A stretch of 64,000 bases of DNA from Thermoplasmata archaeon (GTDB lineage Archaea; Thermoplasmatota; Thermoplasmata; RBG-16-68-12; JAGMCJ01): NCBI GenBank assembly GCA_046761045.1, contig JBHIFJ010000001.1, positions 11,795 through 75,794 on the forward strand, read 5' to 3'. Both the position numbers and the translations under genes were made by a program. This document shows positions 9,080 through 19,494 of the stretch, one piece after another (the first letter of the stretch is position 1; every line of letters begins with the position of its first letter). Below the pieces are notes generated by a model. That model was given only the letters and a program-made list of their open reading frames with translations, searched no databases and had not been told where the DNA came from.

Positions 9080-10270
9080 ATGAAGGCGGTCATTCTTGCA
9101 GCTGGCGAGGGGAGCAGACTCTGGCCTTTCACATATTCCAAACCAAAGGTCATGATTCCCGTGGCAAACAAGCCTATCTTGGAGTACGTCGTGAGATCAT
9201 TGGTCTCGAACGGAATCAATGACATCATTATGGTTGTCGGATACAAGAAAGAAAGGATAATGACGTACTTCGAGGACGGACGCAGTTTTGGGGCTCGCAT
9301 TGACTATGTTGTGCAGAAGAAGCAGCTCGGCACTGCCCATGCTCTATTGGCTGCCAGCAAGAGGACGAAGGGTGCCTTCATAGTCCTTCCGGGCGATAAT
9401 GTGATTGATTCCCAAGTAGTCGACGACTTGCTTTCTGCGGGTGAGTGTCCATGCGCTCTCATTACCGAGAGCGAGATACCTTCGAAGTACGGCGTCGTCC
9501 AGATTCAGGAAGGAAAGGTTGCCGACATAATGGAGAAGCCCGAGGAGATGATTGGCAATCTCATAAGCACTGGCATATATATGATGGGAAGTGAGGCATT
9601 CTCGAGAATCAGATCACAATCAAGGAAGGGAGTGCATGATCTCACTTCCATAGTAAGGGACATTGCGGCAAGTGACGATGTCGTTGCTGTACACACAAGC
9701 GGGAAGTGGATAGATGCTGTCTATCCGTGGGACCTCCTGAGAGTCAATGAGACAGTCCTCCAGGATGTTGGGGAAATGAAGTCCGGGAAAATCGAGAAGA
9801 ACGTCATGGTCAACGGGCCAGTTTTGATGGGGGAGGAATCCCTGCTGAGGTCCGGAACCTACATCTTGGGTCCCGTCGTCATCGGAAGCGGTTGTGAGGT
9901 AGGTCCAGGAGCCGTGATATATCCTTCGACGAGCATCGGGGACAACGTCAGGATATCCGCGAATTCCGTGATCGAGGAGAGCGTGATAATGTCAGACGCC
10001 ACAATCGGTCCAGGATCCCATCTCTCGCACTGCGTCGTGGGAGAGGGCGCTTTCTTGAGATCGAGGTTCTCCTCCAGTTCATCGGTCTCAGCAATAGAAG
10101 TCGAGGGCGAGTTCCACAAAGTGAGCAATATCGGGGCCTTTTTAGGGGAGGACGTCCTGTGCGAGGATGGTGTCGTTGCCCTGCCAGGTTCCATCGTGGG
10201 AGCGAAATCCAGGGTCGGCGCGATGAAGGTCCTCAGGGGCAACATTCCTGACAGAAGCATCGTGGTGTAG
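9080..10270 (+). CDS. glmU: Bifunctional sugar-1-phosphate nucleotidyltransferase/acyltransferase (archaeal GlmU-like)
   Basis: 396 aa; N-terminal NTP-transferase motif MKAVILAAGEGSRLWPFT..KPKVMIPV; C-terminal left-handed beta-helix hexapeptide repeats; directly upstream of glmS. Confidence 0.7.
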   Translation: MKAVILAAGEGSRLWPFTYSKPKVMIPVANKPILEYVVRSLVSNGINDIIMVVGYKKERIMTYFEDGRSFGARIDYVVQKKQLGTAHALLAASKRTKGAFIVLPGDNVIDSQVVDDLLSAGECPCALITESEIPSKYGVVQIQEGKVADIMEKPEEMIGNLISTGIYMMGSEAFSRIRSQSRKGVHDLTSIVRDIAASDDVVAVHTSGKWIDAVYPWDLLRVNETVLQDVGEMKSGKIEKNVMVNGPVLMGEESLLRSGTYILGPVVIGSGCEVGPGAVIYPSTSIGDNVRISANSVIEESVIMSDATIGPGSHLSHCVVGEGAFLRSRFSSSSSVSAIEVEGEFHKVSNIGAFLGEDVLCEDGVVALPGSIVGAKSRVGAMKVLRGNIPDRSIVV

Positions 10271-10272
10271 AG

Positions 10273-12063
10273 ATGTGCGGGATTGTGGGCTACACAGGAT
10301 TCAGAAAGGCTGCACCTCTGCTTCTCGAGTCCCTCAAGAGGCTGGAGTACAGAGGATACGACTCTGCGGGAGTCGCCATAGTCGAAAAGAGGCTGAGAAT
10401 CTATAAGGACAAGGGGGAGATCGACAAGCTCAGGGAGACCATGCCAAACATCCCAGGTACGTCTGGAATAGCTCACACAAGGTGGGCGACGCACGGTCAA
10501 CCCACCAAGGCCAACGCTCATCCTTTCGCTGATTGCAGGGGCGAGATTGCCGTAATCCACAACGGCATCATTGAGAACTACATGGATCTGAAGCAATCAC
10601 TCTTGAAGAGAGGGCACAAGTTCAAGTCGGAGACGGACACAGAGACCTTCGTCCATCTGCTTGAAGAGAACTATGACGGAAGCCTGGAATCGACATTCAG
10701 GAAGGTTCTGCCAAGCCTTGACGGTTCCTTTGCTTTTGCCGCGGTGCACCTCAAAGAGAGGGGCAAGATTGTCGTTGCCAGAAAGGAGAGCCCGCTCGTA
10801 GTGGGCATGGGAGAGGGTGAAAACTTCGCGGCATCTGATGTTCCCGCTCTGCTCAAAGAGACCGACAGAGTGATAAGCCTTCATGATAATGAGATGGCGG
10901 TTCTGACTCCCGATTCGATTGAGATAACGACCTTTGACGGGAAGAAGGTTACCCGTCAGCCCAAGAGAATAAGGTGGACCATTGAGGATGCCAAGCGGGG
11001 CGGATACGAGCATTTCATGCTGAAAGAAATCTTCGAGCAACCCCAAGCGGTCCACAGCACACTACTGGGAAGGATTGCCGACTTTGACGTCAACCGCTTC
11101 GGCCGAGGTGCCTTCTCCTCCGTCAAGACCGTGGCATGTGGGACATCCTATCACGCGGCCTTGGCGGGGAAGTACATACTCGAGGATATAGCCAAGGTGC
11201 CTACGGAGGCCCAGCTGGCTTCCGAGTACCGATACTCTACAGCCGCCTTCGGAGAACCTCTGGTCGTTCTGATAACTCAAAGCGGTGAAACAGCCGATAC
11301 GCTCGGGGCTGCAAGGGAGGCTCGGAAAAGGGGACGGAGGACATTGGCCATAACAAACTACGTGGGAAGCTCGATTACCCGGGAAGTCGGGGATGTAATG
11401 TACACCCGCGCGGGACTCGAAATTGGCGTGGCAGCCTCGAAGACTTTTCTCACTCAGCTCATCGCCCTCTACATTCTATCCATCCAGCTCGGACTCGCTA
11501 GGAGAACCTTGAGCCTCGATGAGTCTAGGAAGATGAAGGAAGAACTCAGACTCATGCCGCGGGTGGTTCAGGGCGTTCTTGATGAGCACAAGCAGATTGA
11601 GAAGATTGCGAAGAAGTACCATAATGTCCGTGACATATTCTTCCTTGGTCGGAATGTGAACTACCCCACAGCCCTTGAGGGGGCCCTCAAGATGAAGGAG
11701 ATTTCCTATATCCATGCAGAGGGCTATCCCGCCGGGGAACTGAAGCACGGACCGCTGGCATTGATAGGAAAGGAGACACCGATAGTTGCCATTGCCGTCA
11801 AAGACCATACCTATGGGAAGATGCTCGGAAACATCAAGGAAGTCAGCGCAAGAAACTCTCCTGTCGTGGCAATTGCCTCCGAAAGCGACAGAGACATCGA
11901 GAAGTATGTTGACCACGTGCTGCACATTCCTGATGTTCCGCCGATTTTCACACCCATTCCGGCAACAGTTGTGCTGCAACTTCTCGCGTACTACGCCGCC
12001 AGAGAGCGGGGATGCTCTATAGACAAACCCAGACATCTCGCAAAGAGCGTCACAGTGGAGTAG
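10273..12063 (+). CDS. glmS: Glutamine--fructose-6-phosphate aminotransferase
   Basis: 596 aa; N-terminal MCGIVGY catalytic Cys (class II amidotransferase), two SIS domains, C-terminal ..KSVTVE. Confidence 0.9.
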   Translation: MCGIVGYTGFRKAAPLLLESLKRLEYRGYDSAGVAIVEKRLRIYKDKGEIDKLRETMPNIPGTSGIAHTRWATHGQPTKANAHPFADCRGEIAVIHNGIIENYMDLKQSLLKRGHKFKSETDTETFVHLLEENYDGSLESTFRKVLPSLDGSFAFAAVHLKERGKIVVARKESPLVVGMGEGENFAASDVPALLKETDRVISLHDNEMAVLTPDSIEITTFDGKKVTRQPKRIRWTIEDAKRGGYEHFMLKEIFEQPQAVHSTLLGRIADFDVNRFGRGAFSSVKTVACGTSYHAALAGKYILEDIAKVPTEAQLASEYRYSTAAFGEPLVVLITQSGETADTLGAAREARKRGRRTLAITNYVGSSITREVGDVMYTRAGLEIGVAASKTFLTQLIALYILSIQLGLARRTLSLDESRKMKEELRLMPRVVQGVLDEHKQIEKIAKKYHNVRDIFFLGRNVNYPTALEGALKMKEISYIHAEGYPAGELKHGPLALIGKETPIVAIAVKDHTYGKMLGNIKEVSARNSPVVAIASESDRDIEKYVDHVLHIPDVPPIFTPIPATVVLQLLAYYAARERGCSIDKPRHLAKSVTVE

Positions 12064-12922
12064 GCTCCTCCCTCGTCCAGGACGCGAGGATTACGGCGGT
12101 GAGAATGAGCAGTCCACCAAGCACCAGAGCTGTCGTAATTTGCTCACCGAGGAAGAATATCGATAGCAGAATCGCGAACAGGATTTCCGCTGTCAGGAGG
12201 ATGGAGGAGACCGTTGCGCCAACCCTTGTGAGCCCTAGTACATATATGAAAAGGGCCAAAGTCGTGCACACAAATCCAAGGTATAGAATGCCCATCCAAC
12301 CCTCCAGTGCTATGCCTGTCCCAGGGTAGAACAGGAGAAAGGGAGAGAGAATGAGCGCCGTTTCCGCAACCACGACCATCGATAGGTCCACAATTCGGTG
12401 GTTCCCTAGACACCTCTTTGTGAGGACTATGTAGGCCGCCCATGAGAGTCCTGCAGCGAGGATTATCACTTGACCCAATAGCTCTTGTGAATTAGGATGG
12501 GATATATCTCCCTTCGTCACGAGAATCAGAATCCCAACCACACCGAGTGACAGGGCTATGGCCTTCAGGGCGGTCACCCTCTCCCTAAGGAGATATGCAG
12601 CAAGGATCGCGACGAAGATTACGTTGACGTTGATTAGGAGAGCGGATTCCGAAGCGAGAGCGAATTGCATCCCGATGTGCTGAAGGCCGTACCCGAGCGC
12701 ATTGAGACCTGAAAGCGCCCAGATTGCCTTACTCCTGAATGCGCTAGTGCGCGAGAATCTGAGGACGAAGATGAATCCCCCAGCACCTGCGATGAGCATC
12801 CTCATGGACGTCAAGAAGTAGGGGTTCACCAGGTCCAACGTAACCTTGATGAGGGGGAAGGATGAACCCCATAACAAGGCCGATGCCAATATCAGCAGGC
12901 GAAAAGTCTTGCTTGACCCCAT
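12050..12922 (-). CDS. EamA/DMT-family transporter
   Basis: 290 aa, ~10 predicted TM helices, duplicated EamA-like halves; convergent 14-nt overlap with glmS. Confidence 0.7.
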   Translation of the reverse strand: MGSSKTFRLLILASALLWGSSFPLIKVTLDLVNPYFLTSMRMLIAGAGGFIFVLRFSRTSAFRSKAIWALSGLNALGYGLQHIGMQFALASESALLINVNVIFVAILAAYLLRERVTALKAIALSLGVVGILILVTKGDISHPNSQELLGQVIILAAGLSWAAYIVLTKRCLGNHRIVDLSMVVVAETALILSPFLLFYPGTGIALEGWMGILYLGFVCTTLALFIYVLGLTRVGATVSSILLTAEILFAILLSIFFLGEQITTALVLGGLLILTAVILASWTREEPTPL

Positions 12923-12966
12923 TTCCCATGCGAAAGCCAGCCCTCCTCTATTACGTTTTTCGTGAA

Positions 12967-12976
12967 AACCTTTAAG
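12967..12976 (+). promoter_or_regulatory. Putative TATA box (CTTTAAGT) for hisS
   Basis: AT-rich element ~30 nt upstream of ATG at 13001; lies inside the GTG-extended ORF-track call, arguing for the downstream start. Confidence 0.3.
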
Positions 12977-13000
12977 TCAACGCTGCTCAATCGGCCGGCA

Positions 13001-14269
13001 ATGATTCACCGCCCGAAAGGCACCAGAGATTTCTCGGTCGAGGAAATGGATAGGCACAACCAGGTCGAGAGTCTGTTTCGAGATGTGTGCAGGCGCTTTG
13101 GCTTCAGGGAGATCCGGACGCCGACCTTCGAGCATACCGAACTGTTCACCGCCCGCTCTGGGCCCGGAGTCGTGAGAGACATGTACTCCTTCAAGGACAA
13201 GGGTGGGAGAGAGATCTCTCTAAGGCCAGAGGTCACAGCATCCGTGTTTCGCTATTTTGTCAACGAAATGAGGAATGCGCCCAAACCGCTCAAGTGGTTC
13301 TACATGGCGAACTGCTTTCGATATGAGGAGCCTCAGATGGGACGGTACAGGGAGTTCTATCATTTCGGGGCCGAGCTCATAGGGGCCAAGCCTCTCTATG
13401 GGGACGCTGAGATAGTGTCTCTCGCTATGGATTGCCTGTCCTCGACCGGAATAAAGAGAATGGATGTCCGCGTAGGCAACATAGGCGTCCTCAGAGGAAT
13501 CCTCGACATTCCCCGCGAAGAGCAGACGAGGTGTCTGCAGTTGCTGGACAAAAGGGACTTCGATGGTGTCAAAGCAAGGCTTGAATCGTTGGGCAGAACC
13601 GAGTTGTATGGGACATGCGTCGATCTGGTGAACCTTCGCGGCGGAGAAGAGATTATTGACGAGGGTTGCGAACTCGTTTCCTCAGAGTCTGTCAAGACTC
13701 AACTCGAGTATCTTCGTGCCCTTGAAGGGAGACTGAGGAACTATGGAGTGGAGGATTTCGATCTGGACCTTGGTGTCATAAGGGGACTGGACTACTACAC
13801 GGGAATGGTCTTCGAAGTGGACTCTCCAGACCTCGGGGCAGAGAAGCAGATATGCGGCGGAGGATCGTATTCCTTCGCGGATGCTATTGGAGGCGGAGAC
13901 ATCTTCTCCACCGGATTTGCGATCGGCTTTGACAGGGTCCTTTTGGTTCTTGAGAAGCAAGGAATCGAGATGCCATCTTCAAAGCTCGACGCATTTGTAG
14001 TACCCATCGGGAAAAGCATGCAGGAGAGCGCTCTGCAAGTCCTTCGTAAGTTGCGAGAGGCCGGATTGTCCTCTGACATCGATCTGAACGAAAGGGGTCC
14101 CTCCAAGAACTTGGACTATGCGAACTCTGTCGGTGCAAGATTTGTGGTTCTCGTTGGTGAGGATGAGTGGTCCAGAGAATCGGTGTCCGTCAGAGAGATG
14201 GAATCTGGCGATCAGAAGGAGGTCCCAGTTGAGCGGTTGGTGGAGGAGGTCTCCACCATGCTCCATTAG
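13001..14269 (+). CDS. hisS: Histidyl-tRNA synthetase
   Basis: Class II aaRS motifs: motif1 region EIRTPTFEHTELF, motif2 FRYEEPQMGRYREFYHFGAE, motif3 GGGSY; C-terminal anticodon-binding domain; start moved to ATG 13001 (MIHRPKGTRDF) from GTG 12962. Confidence 0.85.
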   Translation: MIHRPKGTRDFSVEEMDRHNQVESLFRDVCRRFGFREIRTPTFEHTELFTARSGPGVVRDMYSFKDKGGREISLRPEVTASVFRYFVNEMRNAPKPLKWFYMANCFRYEEPQMGRYREFYHFGAELIGAKPLYGDAEIVSLAMDCLSSTGIKRMDVRVGNIGVLRGILDIPREEQTRCLQLLDKRDFDGVKARLESLGRTELYGTCVDLVNLRGGEEIIDEGCELVSSESVKTQLEYLRALEGRLRNYGVEDFDLDLGVIRGLDYYTGMVFEVDSPDLGAEKQICGGGSYSFADAIGGGDIFSTGFAIGFDRVLLVLEKQGIEMPSSKLDAFVVPIGKSMQESALQVLRKLREAGLSSDIDLNERGPSKNLDYANSVGARFVVLVGEDEWSRESVSVREMESGDQKEVPVERLVEEVSTMLH

Positions 14270-14342
14270 CGCCCCGAACGGAATTTGAATCCGTGTCCCG
14301 AGCTCGACAGGCTCGGATGATAGGCCGCTACACCATCGGGGC
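14270..14342 (-). tRNA. tRNA-Asp (anticodon GTC)
   Basis: Reverse complement folds as a cloverleaf: acceptor GCCCCGA/TCGGGGC, anticodon stem CGAGC/GCTCG with loop CTGTCGA (GTC), T-arm CGGATTCAAATTCCG, discriminator G; no encoded CCA; TATA-like CTTAATATT ~30 nt upstream on the minus strand. Confidence 0.8.
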
Positions 14343-14430
14343 TTCCCTAAGAGATTCCCTTTCCGAATATTAAGGTTTGTCTGGGGCCAACCATCCAATG
14401 GAATGTGCCAACTGATCTCGCCAGGTCCGA

Positions 14431-14985
14431 TTATCGAGGAAAGATGGATAGAAACAGCAATGAGATGAGGAACAGGATGGAGAAGAACACGGCGCTCCAG
14501 ATGCTTGTTGCACCAAGTGTTGATTGCACTGCGACTGTGTAAAGGAGAATGGACAAGAAGTAGGCGGATGCACCGGCAAGGGTCAACCTGGCGAATGAAC
14601 TCCTGAGCACGGAACTGCTTTCGCTCAACATCTCTGCATCTCCCTTCATTGACTCAATGATTTCCCTGAAGAAAGTTCTTTGTCTGGCAAGGAGAAAGAC
14701 GTAGATTGCGATTGTGACGAATGAGAAGAGCATGGTCGGTGGCTTGGGGAGAATGAACACGTTCTGCATGAGAAACACAGCTGCGATGAGTGAAAGCGAA
14801 GTCGTTTCCACGGAGTTCCTGTCGGTGACTAGACCAAACAACGCCAGAGAGGCTGCCAGGACAGTGATGGCCATCGCAGGCGGGACGAACTCACTGTCAA
14901 AGCTGGCTGCGAGAGAATGGATCGTCCAACCACAAAGTGTGAGGATGAGAGAGGCCTCAATCAGCGGCAGAGCCCTCAGCATCAC
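14431..14985 (-). CDS. Polytopic membrane protein (hypothetical), last gene of MoxR operon
   Basis: 184 aa, 5-6 hydrophobic helices; 4-nt overlap with upstream DUF58 gene. Confidence 0.4.
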   Translation of the reverse strand: MMLRALPLIEASLILTLCGWTIHSLAASFDSEFVPPAMAITVLAASLALFGLVTDRNSVETTSLSLIAAVFLMQNVFILPKPPTMLFSFVTIAIYVFLLARQRTFFREIIESMKGDAEMLSESSSVLRSSFARLTLAGASAYFLSILLYTVAVQSTLGATSIWSAVFFSILFLISLLFLSIFPR

Positions 14986-16244
14986 CTTCGTCCTGGGTAT
15001 GGTCTCACCCCCTTCAGTGCTGCAGCGAGTGGTCTGGAGGTTTCCCAGTCCACTACGTTCGCATATCTTCTCAGTCTTCTGATGATGTTGTCCCGCTCCA
15101 TGGATAGTGTCAGTCTGGCCACGCTTTCTGGTGAGTCTTTAGCGGCTTCCCCGAACTCTAGCGGAGAAGGAGAGATGATGAGGACGTCATGTCCCCTGGC
15201 ACAGAGGTCAATCACACAGCCAACTGCCTTCTTGTCTATCAATGGCGTTATCATGATTATCTGGGACTGAGCAGGGAAGAATCTCGACACCACCCAAGTG
15301 ACGTGTTCGAAGGGCCATCTTCCACCTGGACGAACGCGAACGAGTGCATCGATGATTCTGAATAGCTGCTTCCGTCCGTAGCCTGGATAGACCCAGTCGA
15401 GAACATCTCTTTGAATCACGAGTCCGACACGATTTCGTGTTTCAAGGATTTTCGCCGCGATGCTGACAGCAGCTCTTATGCCACTCTCCAGAGTGGTTCT
15501 CTGGGCGAGTCCAACATCGGACTCCTTTCTTGCGTCAAGTACGATTATGGCGTCACCGCTCCTCTCACCCTCGAACTGGTTGCAGAATAGCTTGTCGAAT
15601 CTTGCCGAGGCCTTCCAGTTGATTTTCCTCAGATCGTCCCCTGCGTAGTATTCCTTGATTCCCCAGAAATCCGTTCCGACTCCTGCCCTTCTGGACCTCA
15701 CTTGTCCAAACCACATTCTCGTCTTTCTCGGACTGATCTTGAGCTTTCTTATGTCCTCACTTTTCGGTGTGACTGTGATGGCGTCCCAGCTTGGAAGGAT
15801 TCTCTCATCGTAGGTCGTTCCCATCAGGCTCCAGGTCCTCAGGACCGTGGGTCCAATCGTGTACCTGCCCTTCCTGAGACACTCAACCTTGTAAAAGAAA
15901 TCCCTCCTCTCATTGGGAGCCAGCTTCGTGGCGAAGTGGTTGCTTCCCTCCTTGACTCGGAGGTCGGCGGGGAGCACGTCGAAAACCTCAAGAATGGAGA
16001 TTCTTGGCCCCTTGTTCTCAAGTCGAATGTAAATTTCGATGGTTTTCCCCTCTGGAAGTCTCCTTGAGTCCAGGCCCCTTGCTACCCCCACATCCAACCT
16101 CGGGGCCGAGAAGATGATGAAAAGAGCGATGAAGGTGACGAAGGGGATAGTGAGGGTCAGGAGCAGCCAGTTGCCTGTAAAGAGACTCACGATTAGCAGG
16201 ATGGCAACGATGGTAGTGAACCAGGAAGATACCGGCGTTCTCAC
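14982..16244 (-). CDS. DUF58-family protein (vWA-like), MoxR partner
   Basis: 420 aa; N-terminal two TM helices then DUF58-like region (GTDFWGIKEYYAGDDLRKINWKASAR); immediately downstream of and coupled to MoxR ATPase, the canonical arrangement. Confidence 0.75.
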   Translation of the reverse strand: MRTPVSSWFTTIVAILLIVSLFTGNWLLLTLTIPFVTFIALFIIFSAPRLDVGVARGLDSRRLPEGKTIEIYIRLENKGPRISILEVFDVLPADLRVKEGSNHFATKLAPNERRDFFYKVECLRKGRYTIGPTVLRTWSLMGTTYDERILPSWDAITVTPKSEDIRKLKISPRKTRMWFGQVRSRRAGVGTDFWGIKEYYAGDDLRKINWKASARFDKLFCNQFEGERSGDAIIVLDARKESDVGLAQRTTLESGIRAAVSIAAKILETRNRVGLVIQRDVLDWVYPGYGRKQLFRIIDALVRVRPGGRWPFEHVTWVVSRFFPAQSQIIMITPLIDKKAVGCVIDLCARGHDVLIISPSPLEFGEAAKDSPESVARLTLSMERDNIIRRLRRYANVVDWETSRPLAAALKGVRPYPGRR

Positions 16245-17201
16245 CTAATCGACCTTTGGAACGGGAACCTTTTCAAGGATTTCGGAGACGATGCTCTCGG
16301 TCCTGACGCCCTTGATCCATGGATCCGGCTTGAGAATTATCCGGTGGGCTAGACCTGGCACGGCAACATCCTTTACATCATCAGGGATGACGAAGTCTCT
16401 GCCATGAATCGCTGCTCTCGCCTTCGACAACTTGAAGAGGGCTAGCGACCCCCGCGGACTTGAGCCTATCTCGACCTGGGGATGCTGTCGTGTCCTGCTA
16501 ACGACCTCGACGATGTACTCCTCTATGCCATCATCCACGTGAATGTCCTCAACGGCAGACTGCATCTCTATCACAAGCTCTGGACTTGCGATCTGGTCAA
16601 TGTCAACCTCGTCCTTGCGCCTGGTCTTCCTTCTATCGATGATGGCCTTTTCCTCAACACGGGTCGGATAGCCAATATCGATTCGCATGAGGAACCTGTC
16701 GATCTGAGCCTCTGGAAGAGGGTACGTTCCCTCATACTCAATCGGATTCTGGGTCGCGAGAACGATGAATGGTTCGGGCAAGGCAATGGTTTCCCCGCCA
16801 AGGGTCGTTTGCTTCTCTTGCATGGCCTCGAGCAGTGCAGCCTGAGTCTTGGGCGGGGCCCTGTTTATTTCGTCTGCGAGAAGGATGTTCGTGAATACTG
16901 GTCCTTCTCTGAGCACGAAGTCGCTCGTCTTCCTGTCGAAAATGTGAGTTCCTGTTATGTCCGCCGGTAGGAGGTCTGGTGTGAACTGTACGCGTGTGAA
17001 CTTGCAGCCGAGAGACGCGGCGAAACTCTTGGCCATCAGTGTCTTTGCCAGTCCAGGGACATCCTCAAAGAGGAGATGCCCATTGGAGAGTATCGTTATT
17101 AGAACCTTTTCCAGAACCTTCTCCTTGCCTACTATTGCCTTTCCCACTTCCGTGTTGAGCCTGTCCACAACATGCGTGAGTTCCTCGATTCTCATCGCCA
17201 T
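16245..17201 (-). CDS. MoxR-family AAA+ ATPase
   Basis: 318 aa; Walker A variant EDVPGLAKT, LLADEINRAPPKTQAALLEAMQE sensor region, VLATQNPIEYEGTYPLPEAQIDRF; stop abuts the DUF58 start. Confidence 0.9.
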   Translation of the reverse strand: MAMRIEELTHVVDRLNTEVGKAIVGKEKVLEKVLITILSNGHLLFEDVPGLAKTLMAKSFAASLGCKFTRVQFTPDLLPADITGTHIFDRKTSDFVLREGPVFTNILLADEINRAPPKTQAALLEAMQEKQTTLGGETIALPEPFIVLATQNPIEYEGTYPLPEAQIDRFLMRIDIGYPTRVEEKAIIDRRKTRRKDEVDIDQIASPELVIEMQSAVEDIHVDDGIEEYIVEVVSRTRQHPQVEIGSSPRGSLALFKLSKARAAIHGRDFVIPDDVKDVAVPGLAHRIILKPDPWIKGVRTESIVSEILEKVPVPKVD

Positions 17202-17857
17202 TCCTCCATCTTCTCAAGAATGTGAAGAACATTCTGGTTGAAGCTCCGTGAGGCCCCCAGCGAGCTCATTATCGGAAGCTTCTCCTTGATTATTGATGAC
17301 CAGTTTGAAAGGTCCTTCTCGCTTTGCAGCAGAAAGTCGGCCACTTCCTCATCATCGAGAAGCCCGACCAACCTACTCCTATCATGGAGTATTCCTTCCA
17401 TCTCGTCCTCGTCGATATCCCGTTGCGTTTGAATAGTCTCGACTATCGCTGTCCTTACTCTCTCCACCGCGGTGAGCTGGCTATACGGGTAGTTCTTCTC
17501 CGCCCTTCTCAGCATCCGAATCAGCCTTGCGACCTCGTTCCACTGCTTCTTTTCCTGGGCGGGGGGTGAAGAGAGCCGTTCTGGAGCGGATGTCTTCCGT
17601 GAGGCTATGAAGGCAATGCCGAACGCTGTTGCAGATACGAGTAGCACCACGATTATCCATCTCAGTTTCCCGCTGAATTGAGCGTAGAACAAGAGCACTG
17701 ACAAGAATCCGAGAAGCAGGGCCACCGTGATGTAGAATCCGGTGATATTCATTCTGGATGCAACGTACCCGCCTCTAGCGTCCTTTCCGGGGACGTACCC
17801 ATGAGTGGCGCGGAGAAGGCTCTCCGACCGGTGGTCCATGTCGCTCTTCATTCTCAT
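17192..17857 (-). CDS. MoxR-operon membrane protein (hypothetical)
   Basis: ~222 aa from ATG 17857 (ATGA overlap with upstream stop, SD GGAGGAGGG); two TM helices then a soluble helical domain; overlaps MoxR start by 10 nt. Confidence 0.4.
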   Translation of the reverse strand: MRMKSDMDHRSESLLRATHGYVPGKDARGGYVASRMNITGFYITVALLLGFLSVLLFYAQFSGKLRWIIVVLLVSATAFGIAFIASRKTSAPERLSSPPAQEKKQWNEVARLIRMLRRAEKNYPYSQLTAVERVRTAIVETIQTQRDIDEDEMEGILHDRSRLVGLLDDEEVADFLLQSEKDLSNWSSIIKEKLPIMSSLGASRSFNQNVLHILEKMEEWR

Positions 17858-18768
17858 CCGCCCTCCTCCAATTCTGACTGAATCTCTTTGAGGCTGCAAA
17901 TCGCCATGTCCCTCTGCTCCTCAGAGATGTCGTGATCGCTGTATCTTGCGATTTCGAAAATGCCAGTGAGAGTCGCAATTGAGTCCTCTGAAAGGCCCGC
18001 TTCTTTCCGTGCAATGACCTCGAATTCCCTCGGAGTCAACGAAGGATGGCCCTCCACTCCTGTGCTGAGAAGTATGAAGCACATGTCTGAGTAGCATCTT
18101 AGGACAGTCGACCGAAAATCCCCTCCAGACTCGAGCCCGCTTATGGTCCTTCTCACCTTCCTGGCGAGGATTCTCCTCCTCCTCGCCCTTTCCCGCCCCT
18201 CGGCCAGGACAGCGTCTTTGAACGAAGGGAGGAAGTGGTACAGGAACAGCGAGGTCAGAAGTACGAGGCTGGCCAATAGGGTGATGGTGAAGTAGATCGG
18301 GAACTCCCGTGTCGTCTTGATTCCCCCGCCTGGACCCGTTGGCCCTCCGCCCTCTGCAGGCTCGCCGAAGGAGAAGTACTTAATCAAAGCCTCAAAGGAC
18401 CCCGATATATCGTGAAAGAAGAGGACCGCACCTATGATGAATGCAATGGCGAGGATTCCGCCGAGGAATTCAAAAAGGGGGAGATATTCTCCCAGGTTCT
18501 CTCCTCTGTAGATCGCGTAGGCAATACCAGTGACTATGACCACCAGGAGACAAACAAAGAAGGCAATGAAACCGACTTTCAGAACTTCCGGATCCGCACC
18601 AAACGCTGTCCCGTTGACTTCCTCCGGCCTTTCAGAAGGAAACTCGGGTATGACCTCTTCTCCCGTGACCACGTTTGCCACGTTGAAGGAAAGGTTTCCT
18701 ATGGCGACCGCTGAAAGCAAGAGAAGGGAAATGGAGATTACCGGAGCGAAATCCCTCCGTATGTCCAT
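17854..18768 (-). CDS. Membrane protein, possibly DUF4129-like, first gene of MoxR operon
   Basis: 304 aa; four TM helices, Gly-rich linker, C-terminal soluble domain (TPREFEVIARKEAGLSEDSIATLTGIFEIARYSDHDISEE) reminiscent of DUF4129 found with MoxR/DUF58. Confidence 0.4.
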   Translation of the reverse strand: MDIRRDFAPVISISLLLLSAVAIGNLSFNVANVVTGEEVIPEFPSERPEEVNGTAFGADPEVLKVGFIAFFVCLLVVIVTGIAYAIYRGENLGEYLPLFEFLGGILAIAFIIGAVLFFHDISGSFEALIKYFSFGEPAEGGGPTGPGGGIKTTREFPIYFTITLLASLVLLTSLFLYHFLPSFKDAVLAEGRERARRRRILARKVRRTISGLESGGDFRSTVLRCYSDMCFILLSTGVEGHPSLTPREFEVIARKEAGLSEDSIATLTGIFEIARYSDHDISEEQRDMAICSLKEIQSELEEGG

Positions 18769-18849
18769 GTCTTGGAATATTCCGCTGACACTATTTAAGT
18801 TGATATCTGGGGTGGCCGCGTGGTCGAAGCGATTGGAAAAGAGCGGGTC

Positions 18850-19494
18850 TCACTTCGGAATCTTCTCGTAATCTTCGAGGAACTTCCTGATTCCCACATC
18901 CGTCAGTGAATGCCTCACCATTTTCTGTAGGACGTTGAAGGGGACAGTGGCGATGTGGGCGCCCACCAGGGCGGATTCGACCACATGAATCGGATGCCTC
19001 ACACTTGCGACAATGATTTGTGTGTCGAAATCGTAGTTCTCGAAGATGGCGACGGTTTCTCTGATGACGTCCATGCCAACCTGGCCCTGGTCGTCGAGCC
19101 TTCCAATGAAGGGACTGACAAACGCGGCTCCCGCCTTCGCTGCGAGAAGCGCTTGATTCGAGGAGAATATCAGAGTCACATTTACCTTGATGCCCTCCTT
19201 CTTGAGCGCCTTTGTCGCCTTCAGACCGTCGGGAGTCATCGGAATCTTTATGACAATGTTCTTGTGAATCCTCGCCAGCTCTCTGGCTTCCTTTACCATG
19301 CCTTCCCAGTCCTCGCTTACGACTTCCGCGCTGATGGGGCCATCGACGATTTCGCAGATTTCCTTGACGACCTCCTCAAAGTTTCTCCCCTCCTTTGCGA
19401 TCAACGTCGGATTCGTGGTCACGCCATCGATTACTCCCCAGCTATTGGCCTCGCGTATATCGTCAACGTTTGCTGTGTCCAAGAATATCTTCAT
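18850..19494 (-). CDS. tal: Transaldolase / fructose-6-phosphate aldolase (type 3B)
   Basis: 214 aa; [23 protein letters not shown]-terminus and Lys-containing IKIPMT region typical of short TalC/Fsa. Confidence 0.85.
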   Translation of the reverse strand: MKIFLDTANVDDIREANSWGVIDGVTTNPTLIAKEGRNFEEVVKEICEIVDGPISAEVVSEDWEGMVKEARELARIHKNIVIKIPMTPDGLKATKALKKEGIKVNVTLIFSSNQALLAAKAGAAFVSPFIGRLDDQGQVGMDVIRETVAIFENYDFDTQIIVASVRHPIHVVESALVGAHIATVPFNVLQKMVRHSLTDVGIRKFLEDYEKIPK

